A DNA stretch of 32,000 nucleotides from positions 30,001 to 62,000 of the forward strand of contig BAAFSQ010000005.1 in the NCBI GenBank assembly GCA_054661495.1, written 5' to 3'. The notes under the pieces were generated by a model. That model ran no database searches and was not told where the DNA came from. It was given only the letters and a program-made list of their open reading frames with translations. A program made the position numbers and the translations under genes. Numbering within the stretch: the first letter of the stretch is position 1; every line of letters begins with the position of its first letter. This stretch comes from Zygophlyctis sp. KS116. Taxonomy: Eukaryota; Fungi; Chytridiomycota. Of the stretch, positions 1 through 12,180 are shown piece by piece.

Positions 1-1238
1 GTGTTGGATCAGTTGCTTCAGAGTCTTTATAAACAGAATTATCTGATGTAGCCATTTCCAAAGTAACAACAGCCTTCTTCTTTGGTGCACCTTGATACAA
101 ACTAATATTTAAAAATCTGAGCGATTCAGACTCTCCAATAAATCTATGTAGTTTATCCTCAAAGATATTCATTATCTTAATACCCAAAAATGTTGGATAA
201 ATTAAAAACTGACCAGATTCATCAAATACTAAAAATTATCATATTTTTATCGTACCTAAATTTGATGTAAAAGATTGACCTCCTTTTGCCTTTGATATTT
301 CCCTTTCTAAAGCCAATCTTCTTCCAAATTCCATATTTTCCAATTGTACAACACTAGTCCCATTATGTTGCAATTCTGTAGCAATATTTGGAGACTCTTC
401 AAACGTTTTCCATATTTTAGCTGTTTTATAATTGAATATCCTAACAATATAATCATCAAATCCAAAAGTCGCATATAATTGAAAATTGGGAGAAAATACC
501 AAGGAAATTGGCACTGTTTTTTTCTAAAAACTTTAACATAATAATAATAAACCTTTTTAAACTCATACAAATCAGTATCAGACTTGTATTCCCAACCTAA
601 AATACCCCGTTCCACTTGTAATCCTTGTTCAGAGTCTGATCTAGGAACCCAGTATTCAACCATACCTCCTGTATCCATACTTACAATCACATTATCAATC
701 GGATTGTAAGATATCAAATGTACAGGAACAGAATGAACAGAATTTACAGTAAATAATATCTGATCAGATCCTCTTCCATCATAAAATTGAATTTTACTAC
801 TATCCTTATCTGAGACACAGATCAAGCTCATTGGCGAATCCTTTTGAAAGGTCCAGCATAATGCCAATGGCAGAAATTCAGTTTTGATCATATTAATCAT
901 ATCAAAACTGAGAATATCAAAAATCTTTAGTCCTTTATCGCCTCCGGCAGTAGCAAAATATCGACCGTCAAAAGAAACAGCGATGGCAACAATTACCCCC
1001 AAATGTGCTTTATAATGCTTCACAAAATCAATTCCGGTCGATGTTTTCTTCCAAAACTTTACATGGCCGTCGATAGAAGTTGTGATCAGAAAATCAGTTC
1101 TACATGATTAATCATTAGTCATTACATGGTTGCAAATACAAAATTAACAATATCCTTGTGCATTAGCGATCTCTCATAATGAGGCTGATCTGGCAAGAGT
1201 TGTTGCGTCATTGAGGTCAGGTCAAGAGTTTTATTCAT
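1..1238 (-). CDS. PPWD1: Peptidyl-prolyl isomerase domain and WD-repeat protein (PPWD1/Cyp15), 5' part; continues past the window start
   Basis: Spliced translation gives LPDQPHYERSLMHKD...TDFLITTSIDGHVKFWKK...VKHYKAHLG...KSDTDLYEFKK...MEFGRRLALERE, which are characteristic PPWD1 motifs. Introns of 26 nt (1100-1125), about 29 nt and about 27 nt. Start is ATG 1238 or the in-frame ATG 1211. Confidence 0.93.
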
Positions 1239-3635
1239 TAAATACAAGTCTGAAGATATTCTAAAAAATCTGAAATGTCATTTCTCTTGACTTGAACAAC
1301 ACATGAATCAAAGGAATCATGTCGAAGGGACGCTTTAGAAGATTCAGCCGCGTCTTGAAATCTAATTCCAAATTCACTAGAATTATCTTTTATAAATTTA
1401 CTTTTTCCTGAGAGTTCCCTTGCGATGTTTACCAGATATTCCAAGGACAAGGAATGAGTCCGATTCTTCATTTAAGGCGGCCAATACAAGTGGTAAATAT
1501 TTTTGTCGGTGTTCCTAAATTTAATCGGGTTAAAGGTACCATGAATGCATCCATAAGGAAATGACCAAGTCTATTTAGATACGTTGTTGAGGTGCTAAAG
1601 GCAGAAAGTAAAGAGTCTATTCCTCTTGTTGGATGGAAACTTATTCCTTCGTTTTTAATAACTGAGAGTTGAAAGTTTTTTAAACTTGTGACAAGTTTCT
1701 TATCAATCAAAGAGACTCCCATGTCGACTAGTGCTTTTTGAAAGTGTATCGCCAAGTGTATTCCCTGGTATAAAACATCAATACTGACATTAATGTAGAG
1801 ATTTCTTACTTGTCTAGAGCATCATAAGCTACATAAAAATTGACTTTCCATTCTTCTTTTAATAGGTTATCTTCTAAAGATTTTGAAATAGAGTCTACCA
1901 ATCGACCATCAACAGCTGAGAATCCTGTTCTGATTCCCGCTCCAACTCCCGCTAAACTCTTTCCATTTGATAAATCAGTCCCTGGAACGACATCAACCTT
2001 TTCGTGTTTTCTTCCATGTTTAGATACCCATTCTCCGCCTGCATCTAATAGGGCACTTAGTGCAAAGACAACATCTGATGCTGATAAGGTTGCCTTGTAT
2101 CCATAATGTCGGTAGAAAGAGCTGAAAATAAGGTCGGGAAGGTTGTATTTTGGTGCAATATTTTTGATTTTTTCGTGAAGACTCTGCTTAAAACTAAGAG
2201 ACATTTCTTTATATCTTTGCTGAGATTCTTTCTGTGGATAACTTGTTTTTTAATAATTAAAAAATACCCCATTTTAACTAAAAGATTAGTCAATCTACGT
2301 CGCCCTTTTTCTTTCCAAATTCCTAAACGGGCCGCTACATAGCTAGAGTGATACATTGATTCGTACAATGACCAATGCCGCAAAAGCATTAGTCGAAGAT
2401 CTTTGTCGCAAACAATTGAAAAGTCATCTGCTCCTTGAACTTTTGAAGAGGAAGAAGATTTGAATGAAGACCGTGGACCAGCAGGATCTTGTTCATCTAA
2501 TAGATTTTCAGGAGGAAATAAAGAATCAGAATTTTCAGGCATGTTAATATTGAATCTCATTACTTCTCCCTTTAATAATTCTGATTGTGAGTTATAGGTG
2601 TGACTATCAATGTGTTGATGAATGTATTGATGAGTTAATCCAATGATTGTATACCTAGTGATGAACTAAGAATCCATTTACCAGAGAAAATCATTACAAG
2701 ATCGGCCTAATTGCGATGCTAATGTATATATCATGTTTGCAACAGACATCCCATAAAAACTCCCGGATTGATAATATTGTTGAATAAGCTCTTCTTCCTC
2801 TTTTAATTTTTTTCTTCTCTCATTAGCTCTTAGTCTCTTGATTGCACGATCTGCTAAATCTTCCCTATCTGTGGTCTCCACTTTTCTTCGTTTGGATATT
2901 TTTGTTTCAGGACTACTTTCATTTTCCTTGTAATCATCTTTCTCAGACTCTGAATCTTCTTGTTCACTTTCTTCTTGATCTGATATATTTGATTCTACAT
3001 CTTGACCTTGTTCATCATCAGACTCAATTGCATGAAACTTTCATTAAACAACAATCTCACCTCTAAATCATCAAAAGCAGCTCTAATTTCCTTCATATCT
3101 TCAACTTCACCATTATCTAAAATAATAACCTATTATTAGCAACAAGAGAATTTTAATTAGATCGATCAGAGAGTAAATCATACATTTTGGTAGGAAAAAA
3201 GATTATGCAAATTGTATGGCCTATGTGAATCCAAAACATAAACGTTGATTTCTGTTCGTATTTCTAAAAATTCTAGTAGATCTATAGTTGCACCAGCATT
3301 TAGCATTATAATTGCACGTAACTGTCGATAAGTTGATCAAAGACTACATATTCATTATTACTAATATTCTCATTTGCCTGAGCCAAATCTGAATATCCAG
3401 CGACCGGAACCATTTCATAAGGAATGCAGTCAGATTTAAATAGTGCCTATTATGTTTAATGATGCTAATTCTATATAAAGCAACGTTTAATACTTACCAG
3501 TAGGATTTTAGCCGCGCATAGTGAGTCGATATCTGGAGCTACAAATACAAGAATAGAACCTTTTTGCGGCGGTGAGCATAAATTACGAATATCTTTATAC
3601 ACTTTCTCATACTCATCGAATGGTATATAGCCCAT
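1238..3635 (-). CDS. CDC45: DNA replication initiation factor Cdc45
   Basis: MGYIPFDEYE...ILVFVAPDIDSLCAAKIL, VLDSHRPYNLHN, an acidic insert, LRLMLLRHWSLYESMYHSSYVAARLGIW, LSASDV, NFYVAYDALD, RKNEFGIRF. Nine introns restore the frame: 23-27 nt, plus 51 nt (3447-3497) and 54 nt (3130-3183). Confidence 0.95.
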
Positions 3636-3708
3636 TACGTCTTTTTAATAAAGTAAAAGTGTCCGACCGACTCGGCGCCACTAAAGTTGAGGGCAGCAGG
3701 AAAGGTTC

Positions 3709-3990
3709 ATGGCATTATTCTTTCTTGGCCTTGGAGGCATTTTGTATGTTACATTGCTCCTTGTCAACGCAGTTGCTATTCTTAATGAAGAACGGTTTCT
3801 AGCGAAGATTGGTTTGGGACAATCATTCGCGAATAGTAGTGATACTACATCTGTAAAGGCAAAAATGATTTCTCTCATCGGCGCAATAAGGACTCTACTT
3901 AGATGTATTCATGATATTTATCTAACAATAAAAGTTCCATTAATCGCACTTAACGTGGTCGTAATAGTTTACGAATTGATTCTAGGCTAA
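3709..3990 (+). CDS. YOS1: Yos1/IER3IP1 ER-Golgi trafficking membrane protein
   Basis: [20 protein letters not shown]...IRTLLR-PLIALN...YELILG is the Yos1 signature. A 30-nt in-frame intron at 3905-3934 is read through by the ORF track. Confidence 0.93.
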   Translation: MALFFLGLGGILYVTLLLVNAVAILNEERFLAKIGLGQSFANSSDTTSVKAKMISLIGAIRTLLRCIHDIYLTIKVPLIALNVVVIVYELILG

Positions 3991-4954
3991 GCTCCTCTTA
4001 CAGAAAATAAAACTTGGTCATCACATCCAATACCAACCATTGCAGGTCCTAAATCCTCTGATACTGCAGCTATAATAGAAGGATCTTTATAATGAGTCAC
4101 TGCTTGTACAATAGCTTTTGCTCTTTTGAGAGGATTTCCAGATTTGAAAATTCCAGAACCTACAAAAACACCATCCATTCCCAATTGCATCATTAATGCT
4201 GCATCTGCAGGTGTAGCAATACCTCCTGCAGCAAAATTGACAACAGGTAAACGACCCATTGAAACTGCCGTTTCTAAAATAGACCAAGGGGCACCAATTT
4301 CCTTTGAAAACGTATACAATTCTTCTTTAGACATTGAACAAGCTCTTTTAAGTTCAGATCTTAGAGCTCTAGCATGTCTAACTGCTTCTAAAACATCTCC
4401 TGTTCCAGCTTCTCCTTTAGTTCTAATCATTGCAGCTCCTTCGTTAATTCTACGTAATGCTTCTCCTAAATTCTTGGCTCCACACACAAATGGAACCTTG
4501 AAATCATGCTTTAAAACATGATTTTTATCATCCCTTGTAAATTAAAAATCTTTGATCCTACGCTGGAGATAATACTTCACTCTCATCAATATAATCAACT
4601 CCCAAATGCTCTAAAATCTGAGCCTCTACAAAATGTCCGATTCGCACTTTTGCCATGACAGGAATAGATACCGCACCCATTATTTCCTTGATCATTTTTG
4701 GATCAGACATTCTAGCAATCCCTCCGTCAGCTCTAATATCGGCTGGAACTCTTTCGAGAGCCATAACAGCAACTGCTCCAGCCTGTTCTGCTATTTTGGC
4801 CTGTTCTGCATTCACCTCTTTTTTAGAAATTTAAACTTACGACATCCATAATAACACCGTTTTTAAGATTCTGAGCAAGACCAGCCTTTAGTAAGAATGC
4901 CGATCTGTCATTAGAAGAAGCGGTAGACTGGGAAAGATTATGTGGGAAATCCAT
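3987..4954 (-). CDS. PDX1: Pyridoxal 5'-phosphate synthase subunit (PDX1/SNZ1)
   Basis: [23 protein letters not shown]...[10 protein letters not shown]...[14 protein letters not shown]...[19 protein letters not shown]. Introns at 4816-4840 (25 nt) and 4534-4561 (28 nt). Confidence 0.97.
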
Positions 4955-5033
4955 TTAAATTTCAGTTATAATTTTATTAAGGTTTAGAAGCAGCGAAATT
5001 CAATCGATCGTCAATCGTATAGCCTCCATGCTT

Positions 5034-7869
5034 TCAATGGATCTTTTCATGCTCAGTCTCTGTCTCGCCAAGTAGATCAATTAATCTTTCTAGGCTAGAT
5101 TCAACCATTGCTTTGACCTAATGCAATTACAATTAATAATCTTACTTTGGACGTGAACTCACTCTTGTAATCTGATTCTAGTTCGGCTCGCTCTTTACTC
5201 CATGATTTAAAGGATGGGACACGTCTGAGTTTGCTTTGATCGGATTTCTCTTCTCCTTCTACAAGAGTTATATGCATTTCATTTTACCCTCATTTTTCTT
5301 GTTTATAGATGTGGAAATAGAGCCAGGAACATGTTTTTTGCTTGCATCCGGCACTGGGATAGCTTTTCCAATAGGTGTAGCAGGGGGAGGTATTGTTTTG
5401 GTCTTAGCATCCTTCGCATTTATAGCCTAGGTTAAGTTAATATTATATACAGCTGCTGTTGGAGGGCCTTTGGCAGATGGAATCGTTCCCGGAGCAATGC
5501 TTTTCTTTCCTAAATTATTAGAAATTCTTAAGATACCATCTTCGCTTGATTCTAATTTCTCTTCTGTTTGGTCATCTTCAAAAAATTTCATGGCTCCTCT
5601 CTAGACATTTAATAAAATGAGAGTACCGCAAGCGGAAGATTACGTCGTTTACGTAATAAAATTGAAATATCAGAGATTTTCGTTAACAGCTCTACAATAA
5701 TATCATGACTAAATTTAAGCACTATTTAAAATACCATATCATGTATAATAAGGAATTGCCTGCGCGTATATCCAAAGGCTCTGACGCTAATTTGATCAGT
5801 TCATTCAGTTGTAAAAGTAAAGATGATCTTTTTTCAGATGCAAAAATATGATTGATATGCTACAAATTAGTTTCAAGCTGATAATCATACCTCATAAAGT
5901 GTCATTATAGAGCGATTCCAATAATGATTTGCTTTTCCGAGGATAGTATATACTTCCCTAGCAAGATCTTCAAACTTGGCGAATATAGCTGGGGTATATA
6001 TAACCTAGTAATTAGCCATACCAATTAATTATACGCTTAATTCCCTATTACTCCATTCAAACAATGTCAGATCAGGATTCTTCTTTTGAGACAGAGGCAA
6101 ATCAGTTTTATCTAAATTCATATTTCGCATGATTGATTCAATGATTTCAGAAACAATCTTCAATGCCCTATTGATTACACATTAACTATAAAGTACTCTT
6201 TATGCCCCAATTTCTTTTCAATTTCTTGTCGTTTCTTGGCGTTTATATCTTCTTCAATCGCAGTTCCTTGAAAGGTAGCGACAAGTTCAGATTCGTTTGG
6301 TAACTCTGGGTGAGTTCTCAGCTGCCATAGCTCTGTAAAAATCTAAATGCTATTAAAATAGTAAATTTACACCAGGAGTACATGACTTAAACACTATAAC
6401 AAAATCAAATGCAGTGTCAGGTTGAATGACTCCTTTTTTCTGATTGAAATAGAATCTCTGAATTCCATCATCGCTAGTTTTAGCCTGATATTAATTCAAT
6501 TAAAATATTACTTTGAAGCGAACAGGCTTATTTTTTGGCCCCCACTCAAAAAATATGGGCACATTTCCCTTGTTGTATAGAGAAATAACAGATACAGATA
6601 CCTCATTCAATACCGTTTCAAATGATAACCTAGAAATAGGCAAAACCAGCTTTAGTGAGTCAGAAACAGACTGATTTGATGGCTTTGAATCATTGTTTAT
6701 ATATTCCACCGTATCTACCATTTTTTGATTATCAACTTCAATGTTCTGGCTAATAATTATATATAGACATATTACTTGTATTTTGTATCTAGTCGCTCCA
6801 CATATTCTTTGAGAATAGTTTTTTGTTCTGATAAAGCGGAGACATCTCGTCCAACGACTTCAACATATCCACCATCGGATCTCTAAGATGAGTGGTCAAT
6901 ATTTACACCATAAAAAGGATCAAGTGCCGATATTATATGCTGAAGTTGTTCTCTCTTTGAGGATCTATAGTCCAATTTATGCTCATTGAAATCTCTGAGT
7001 TTTAGAAATATGTTTCAATTCTCACTTGCTTTCTACAGTTCTTAATCTTTCCACCCTAAATTTAAAATCATTAGTAAATACTCTCTGGGCCCTCCACGAG
7101 GCATTGGCAAAGTTAACCCGAGTAAATCATTCCCTATTCTCATGCCTGTCTTCCAGAAGTTAACACTCTTATGTTCCAGCATCATCAGAGCCTCCTCGAT
7201 CAACTCCTTTTCTTCTACAATTTGCCTATATTCTCCTAAGCGGGCCATGAGGAGCTGATCTGTACTTTTATTAGACTTTTTAGAAACTATTTTCTCCATT
7301 TTTTGCCATTCTACTGAATGTCTCTGCCAGTTTTTAAGAGCGTGTTCTTCCCTAACTTCTCTAAAATTTAGGTAAATAAACATAACCTGAATCTCTGAAA
7401 TATATGCATCTGATTCATCTTTTTCTTACGATCTTGAATCTTTTTTAGCTTATCAATCTGAAGCAATCTGGCAGATTTCTCGTCTGAATCAATCTGAAAG
7501 TGTACTTTATGCGCTGACTTTGACTTTTACTTTATGTAAGAGATATTACCAGTTCTTTTTGCAAAGGCGCACTGACCTCCTTGGGTTTCGGACAAAAGAC
7601 TTGCTCCATTTCTTCATAGTCTTCTACCTCACCCAATACAGAATGTGGTATCCAATTCCCATCCGATGCTTTCCTTGGCCCAACCTTTGTTTTATAAACT
7701 ATTAGCATACCTGGCTCTGATTTATCAATGTCAATGGCTTTAAATCGCGTAAGAGAAAGTCCGGATCTTGGCATTTTAGTGTTAATAAAGTACCATCTGC
7801 TGAATAATCTACATCTGTCTTTTTGGCAACCAGGATTGTTTTAGATTCTTTTGGATTAATGCCAGTCAT
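5034..7869 (-). CDS. MYCBPAP: MYCBP-associated protein (MYCBPAP/AMAP-1-like ciliary protein)
   Basis: Recognised segments WIPHSVLG, ALKNWQRH...LLMARLGEYRQIVEEKELI...FWK...RIGNDLLGL and RLSFET...SVISLYNKGNVPIFFEW. Many 24-31 nt introns. Start ATG 7869, stop TGA 5034. The internal exons were not all traced. Confidence 0.75.
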
Positions 7870-8117
7870 CACGATTACAATATTATAATCTTATCGGAAT
7901 ATTCTACACATTCCATTATATCCCTCCCTGTACTTGCATTATTGAAATCTTGGACTTGAATCATGAAATCATAATTTTCTTTTAAGATTAAGTCATGATT
8001 AGATTGGTGCAATTTATTGGGGGGATGTCCGATCTGATCTTAATGATCAAAAATCAAAATAATATGTCGGATAGCTTTCGGAATCCTAGGTAAATCAGAA
8101 AACTAAAAATTCAGTTG

Positions 8118-9211
8118 ATGAAGAGATTTCTGTGTCTATTATTTGGCATTGGTTATGCTGCATCATCCTCCTTCTCAATCGGTAGCGCATTATCAAAGAG
8201 AAATTTGGACAATCTTATCTGTCCGGGAGAAACTGTGTATGCCGCCGGATCAAATAACTTTGTGAAGTCTTTAGCTTTAAGTGTTGAAAATGATTCGTAT
8301 TTACAATCTTTTGTGGCACCTTTGGATAGTACGCTTTGCTCGTTATCTTTTGCCATTAATGTACCATCAAGTGAAGTGTCTGCAAGGCTAGATTTTTATG
8401 ATAACACTACTCCTCAGATCAATGTAGTTAAAGGAATTGCTACACCGATAATATCTGTATCGGTCTTGTAAGCATTTATTACTAAAAATCTAGTTCTGTT
8501 ACCGACTCATTGGCGTTTCCGTTTTGCTCTGCACAGCAATCGCTTACTGCAGGATCAGTATATACTTTAGCGATCGCACTAAAATCTAATTCTGCCTCTT
8601 TAAATTTGAATTTTGGAGATAATGGAGCTCAAGGAATATTTTTTGGTCCCAGTTTTGGTTCTCAAGGACAGGTTCAAAATGTTGGTCTGACATTTAATTT
8701 GACTGCTGGAACTTCTAAACCATCTTGTTCTAAAAGTACTATTATTTCAAGTACAACTGCTTCAAGTTCTACTACTATAAGTGTGCCTACAACTTCTAAA
8801 ACTACAAAAACTACCACGACGCCCACAAAAACTACAAATACACCATCAAGTACTGCATCGTCTTCTCCTGTTGTGTACTGTAGATGCCGTGGTGTTGTAA
8901 AGTTTGATGGACATTTACAAAAGAGAGATGAGGGTGATGAGTTGGATGATTTTGATGATGATGAGTTTGATGATGATGAGTTTGATGAAGCTAATGATGA
9001 CTTTGTATTAAAGAGGCGTGGAATCTCTGATCGCCGTATTAACAATAACAAAAGGCATAATTCTCATCTTTTCAAAAGAGCATTGTCAAAATATACAATA
9101 CGATTCAAAACGAAATGTGGATCTTTCACTTGCAAATGCATGAAAAAGAAACTTTCTGTAAATTACATATCATCAGATGATTTGAATTTTGATAGCTTTG
9201 GAACGTGTTAA
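8118..9211 (+). CDS. Orphan secreted precursor (~355 aa): signal peptide, KR site, beta-rich domain, Ser/Thr linker, Cys-rich C-terminal module with several dibasic sites
   Basis: Joins ORFs 8115 and 8510 through a 26-nt intron (8468-8493, gtaagc...ctag). Begins MKRFLCLLFGIGYAASS..., then SKR, an S/T-rich stalk, and LQKR / LKRR / NKR / FKR sites. Confidence 0.8.
8934..9001 (+). repeat. Coding GAT-rich repeat encoding an acidic (DDDEF)n tract
   Basis: The 15-nt unit tttgatgatgatgag is repeated in tandem with degenerate flanking copies. Confidence 0.75.
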
Positions 9212-9251
9212 TATTTTTCAACAATATGAGAACTTATTTTTTGAATCTTTG

Positions 9252-11975
9252 TTAATAGTATATTCTAAGTTGTTTATCTAGTGTTGCCTTTAAAAGCACT
9301 TTTCTACTTGTAGAACCAGATGAGACTATTCCCCTATATATAATTATGATAACACAAAGTACCATCTGGCGACAAAAACTGCCGGGGTATCAGTTTGGCC
9401 CGTCATTGCATTCATATCATCTATTTCCAATTTTCCTGTTTGAACTCTCCAGATGAAAATTCCATTTACTGCCCTATGGTATTGAGTGCCGTGAACTTTT
9501 TTAGCTGGAAGAGAAGAATAAGCACGAAGATCACAGTTGCCACAATATACAAAATTTCCATGGGGACTAAATCGGCCTTCAACTCTAGTCTAAAATTTTA
9601 AATGATTGGCTTAATATTACCCCCGCTTCAATGTGTCTAGTAGCGAAAACTCGCAGCGTAGTTCCCGTTAACAGATCAAAGAGTCGTAGATGATTATCTG
9701 ATGATATGAGAACATAATTGTCATGTATGGGATGAGATTGCATCATAGAAATTGGAGTTTTACTAAATTCATTAATACATGACAAAAATTACTTCTCTTT
9801 CAGCTCTTTCAAAGCGATATTGTGAATGATTCCCAAAGTACGAAGTCTATATATTCTGATGGAATAAGATAAAGATATGACTATTTTTTGCTGGGTAGGA
9901 TCAGATGGACTACCACAAAAAACAAAGGAAGTTATTGGCTCATTGGCGTGTATACTTCTCTGAGGAATTTTGTCGTTTTCAAAATCCCAAAGTTTTAGCG
10001 ACTGGTCTCCAGAGCAAGAAACCATTGTACAGGTTGTTCCTAGTAAAAGTTCTATCTTGTGAATAATTCTTGAATGATGCTTTTTCCAATGTTTTTGAAG
10101 CTCTCCAGTTTCCCAGTCCCAAAGTTTCACATCAAAGTCCATATCAACAGAGAATACTAAATTTGTATAAATGGGATGAAAGTATAATATGATTATAGCC
10201 TTATTAGACCCATTATCTATTCTTTTCAGGAGAGTACCAGTTCGAATATCCCAAATAGAAATACAGCGATCTGATTTTGAGTCATCACCAGCCGATGCGC
10301 AGATAAAGCTGCCATCTTTAAGGCCTGAACAGATTTCCAATACTTTAATTTGACTGACAGTGGGGCCACAGCAGTTGGATAAAGCAAATTCTGCAGTTTC
10401 AGTTTCATTTGTTATTGGTAGCATGATATTACTGGGATTCGTATTATTAAATCCATCTAAAATTTCAATACTTGAAAGAATACCATTGTAAGAGGAATTT
10501 GAATAAGACGCTGAAATTTTGGTTCTGATCCCTCTAAATGAGCGTTTATGACTCCTCTTGGTTAGTTGATCTGAGCCAACAGACCTATTATCGTCCGTCC
10601 GATTTTTTGGTTTCTTAATGTTATCAGCTGAATCGTTTCTTTTGTTGTCCTGAATATTCTTTTGGGATCCTTTTAACATTTCGTATTTAAATAGTTTCCA
10701 TTTACCACTTTGGAGACTTAAATCTTCCAAAGATGGCATATCACCACAATCTTCCCAAAAATAATGTAATAAGATATGCGCATATAGAGGTGACGAGGAT
10801 CCTTTTTCTTTTTTCAGATTATGAACTGATTCCCAAAAGTTGTTAAGTTCATTTTCCCAGTTAAATCTTCCATACAAGTTATCTTCAGAAATATCTTGAG
10901 GTTTTAAAAGAGCAGATAAAAGATGATAATCTGCATTGAGACCAAGTCCAATAATTACCTGTTAAGAACCATTTCCCCCTTAAACCAGATCTTTGCTGCT
11001 CCCTTTGAACGATTACTAAAATCTCTTCCTCTAATGTAATTCTTGCAGCATCTAGTTCCTTTTTCTGACATAATCTTATAAATCTATACTTTGTCAAAAC
11101 ATAAATCAAGTCTTCATAAGCTATAAATTTAAAATTATAAAAGAATTACAAGTCATCAAGATGGCATTTTTACTAATATTGCTAGACTTTTTCATTTCTT
11201 TAGTAATATAATATTCCACATAATTTAAAGCGTTTATAAAATCTAGATTTTTCATGAATGTTTTGAGCCTAATATGATTTATCGTACAATCTCCAATATT
11301 TTGATCAGTCTGAAATGCCATAAGAGTTGATTCCAAATTATGCTCTTGGAAATATCGTATTAAGGAATATTTAATATCTGGCACATCTATAATTTTATCT
11401 GATGATACCTCCTATTATTATTTTACTTGGAATCTCACAGATACAAGGCTGTCGAGTCGGCTTAAGCGTGAATTGTGCCTTGCAATCAATTTCTTACAAT
11501 CATCCAAAGATTCTTTCATCTTTTCTAAACCTGCATTATCTGCATCTGTTTGAGTTTCTGCAGGCATGGCCTTGTTTTCCGTCTGTATTCCTAATGATCG
11601 CTCATTCTGTATGTTTATATACTGTAATCTTGGGGTATCTGAGATTGATTTTTTTCTATTTTTTGGAGGCTCTGGGTTTACCGGCAGTTTTGGTGACACT
11701 ATTGATTGACTTGAGCTGCTATCAGAGTCTTCGCGTTCGGACACCAATGTCTGATTTCTTTTCAAAGGCTCAGCAGCCGGAGCAATATTAGCTAATGGAT
11801 TTATATAGCTCGAATGACCTGGTTGTCCTGAATGTCTAACCATATCCTTGACTCTTTGTATTTGTGTAGTTTTATCAGTTTTTGGGTCCCACCAACTCCC
11901 TCTCTGACGCTTCTGTTGCATGGCTAAATAAGAGTTGGCAGTTTTAATGGGAGGTAGAGATAGTTTCTCAGTCAT
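9252..11975 (-). CDS. WD40-repeat protein with low-complexity N-terminus, coiled coil and LisH/CTLH-like segment
   Basis: Six 27-31 nt introns join ORFs 11418, 11121, 10885, 9789 and 9585 and the terminal exons (stop TAA 9252). WD motifs ISIWDIRTG, VKLWDWETG, SCSGDQSLKLWD. LisH-like LIRYFQEHNLESTLMAFQ. The start is the first in-frame ATG and is uncertain. Confidence 0.75.
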
Positions 11976-12180
11976 TTGGAAAATATCGGCGAGTATTGCG
12001 CAAGTTTCGTCTTTACTCACTGTAATTGGATAAATTATGGATTAGCGTTCTCATTGGAATGGGGATTTGCCTTATAATCAGATGAATTCAAAGCATCTCT
12101 TAAAATTCATTTAAACAATACTTGGCTAAAGATTGAAAGAATTGAATTCAGGATTGTGGCTTTGACCCCAACGACATTGA

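Noticed and set aside
3130-3497. 51-nt and 54-nt CDC45 introns as ncRNA hosts or double introns with a microexon
   Set aside because: Too short for a snoRNA and no box motifs; in the 51-nt intron the internal AG acceptors lead straight to stop codons.
4955-5033. Expected divergent PDX2/SNO partner of PDX1
   Set aside because: The upstream gene is the co-directional MYCBPAP-like gene; no glutaminase subunit is visible in the window.
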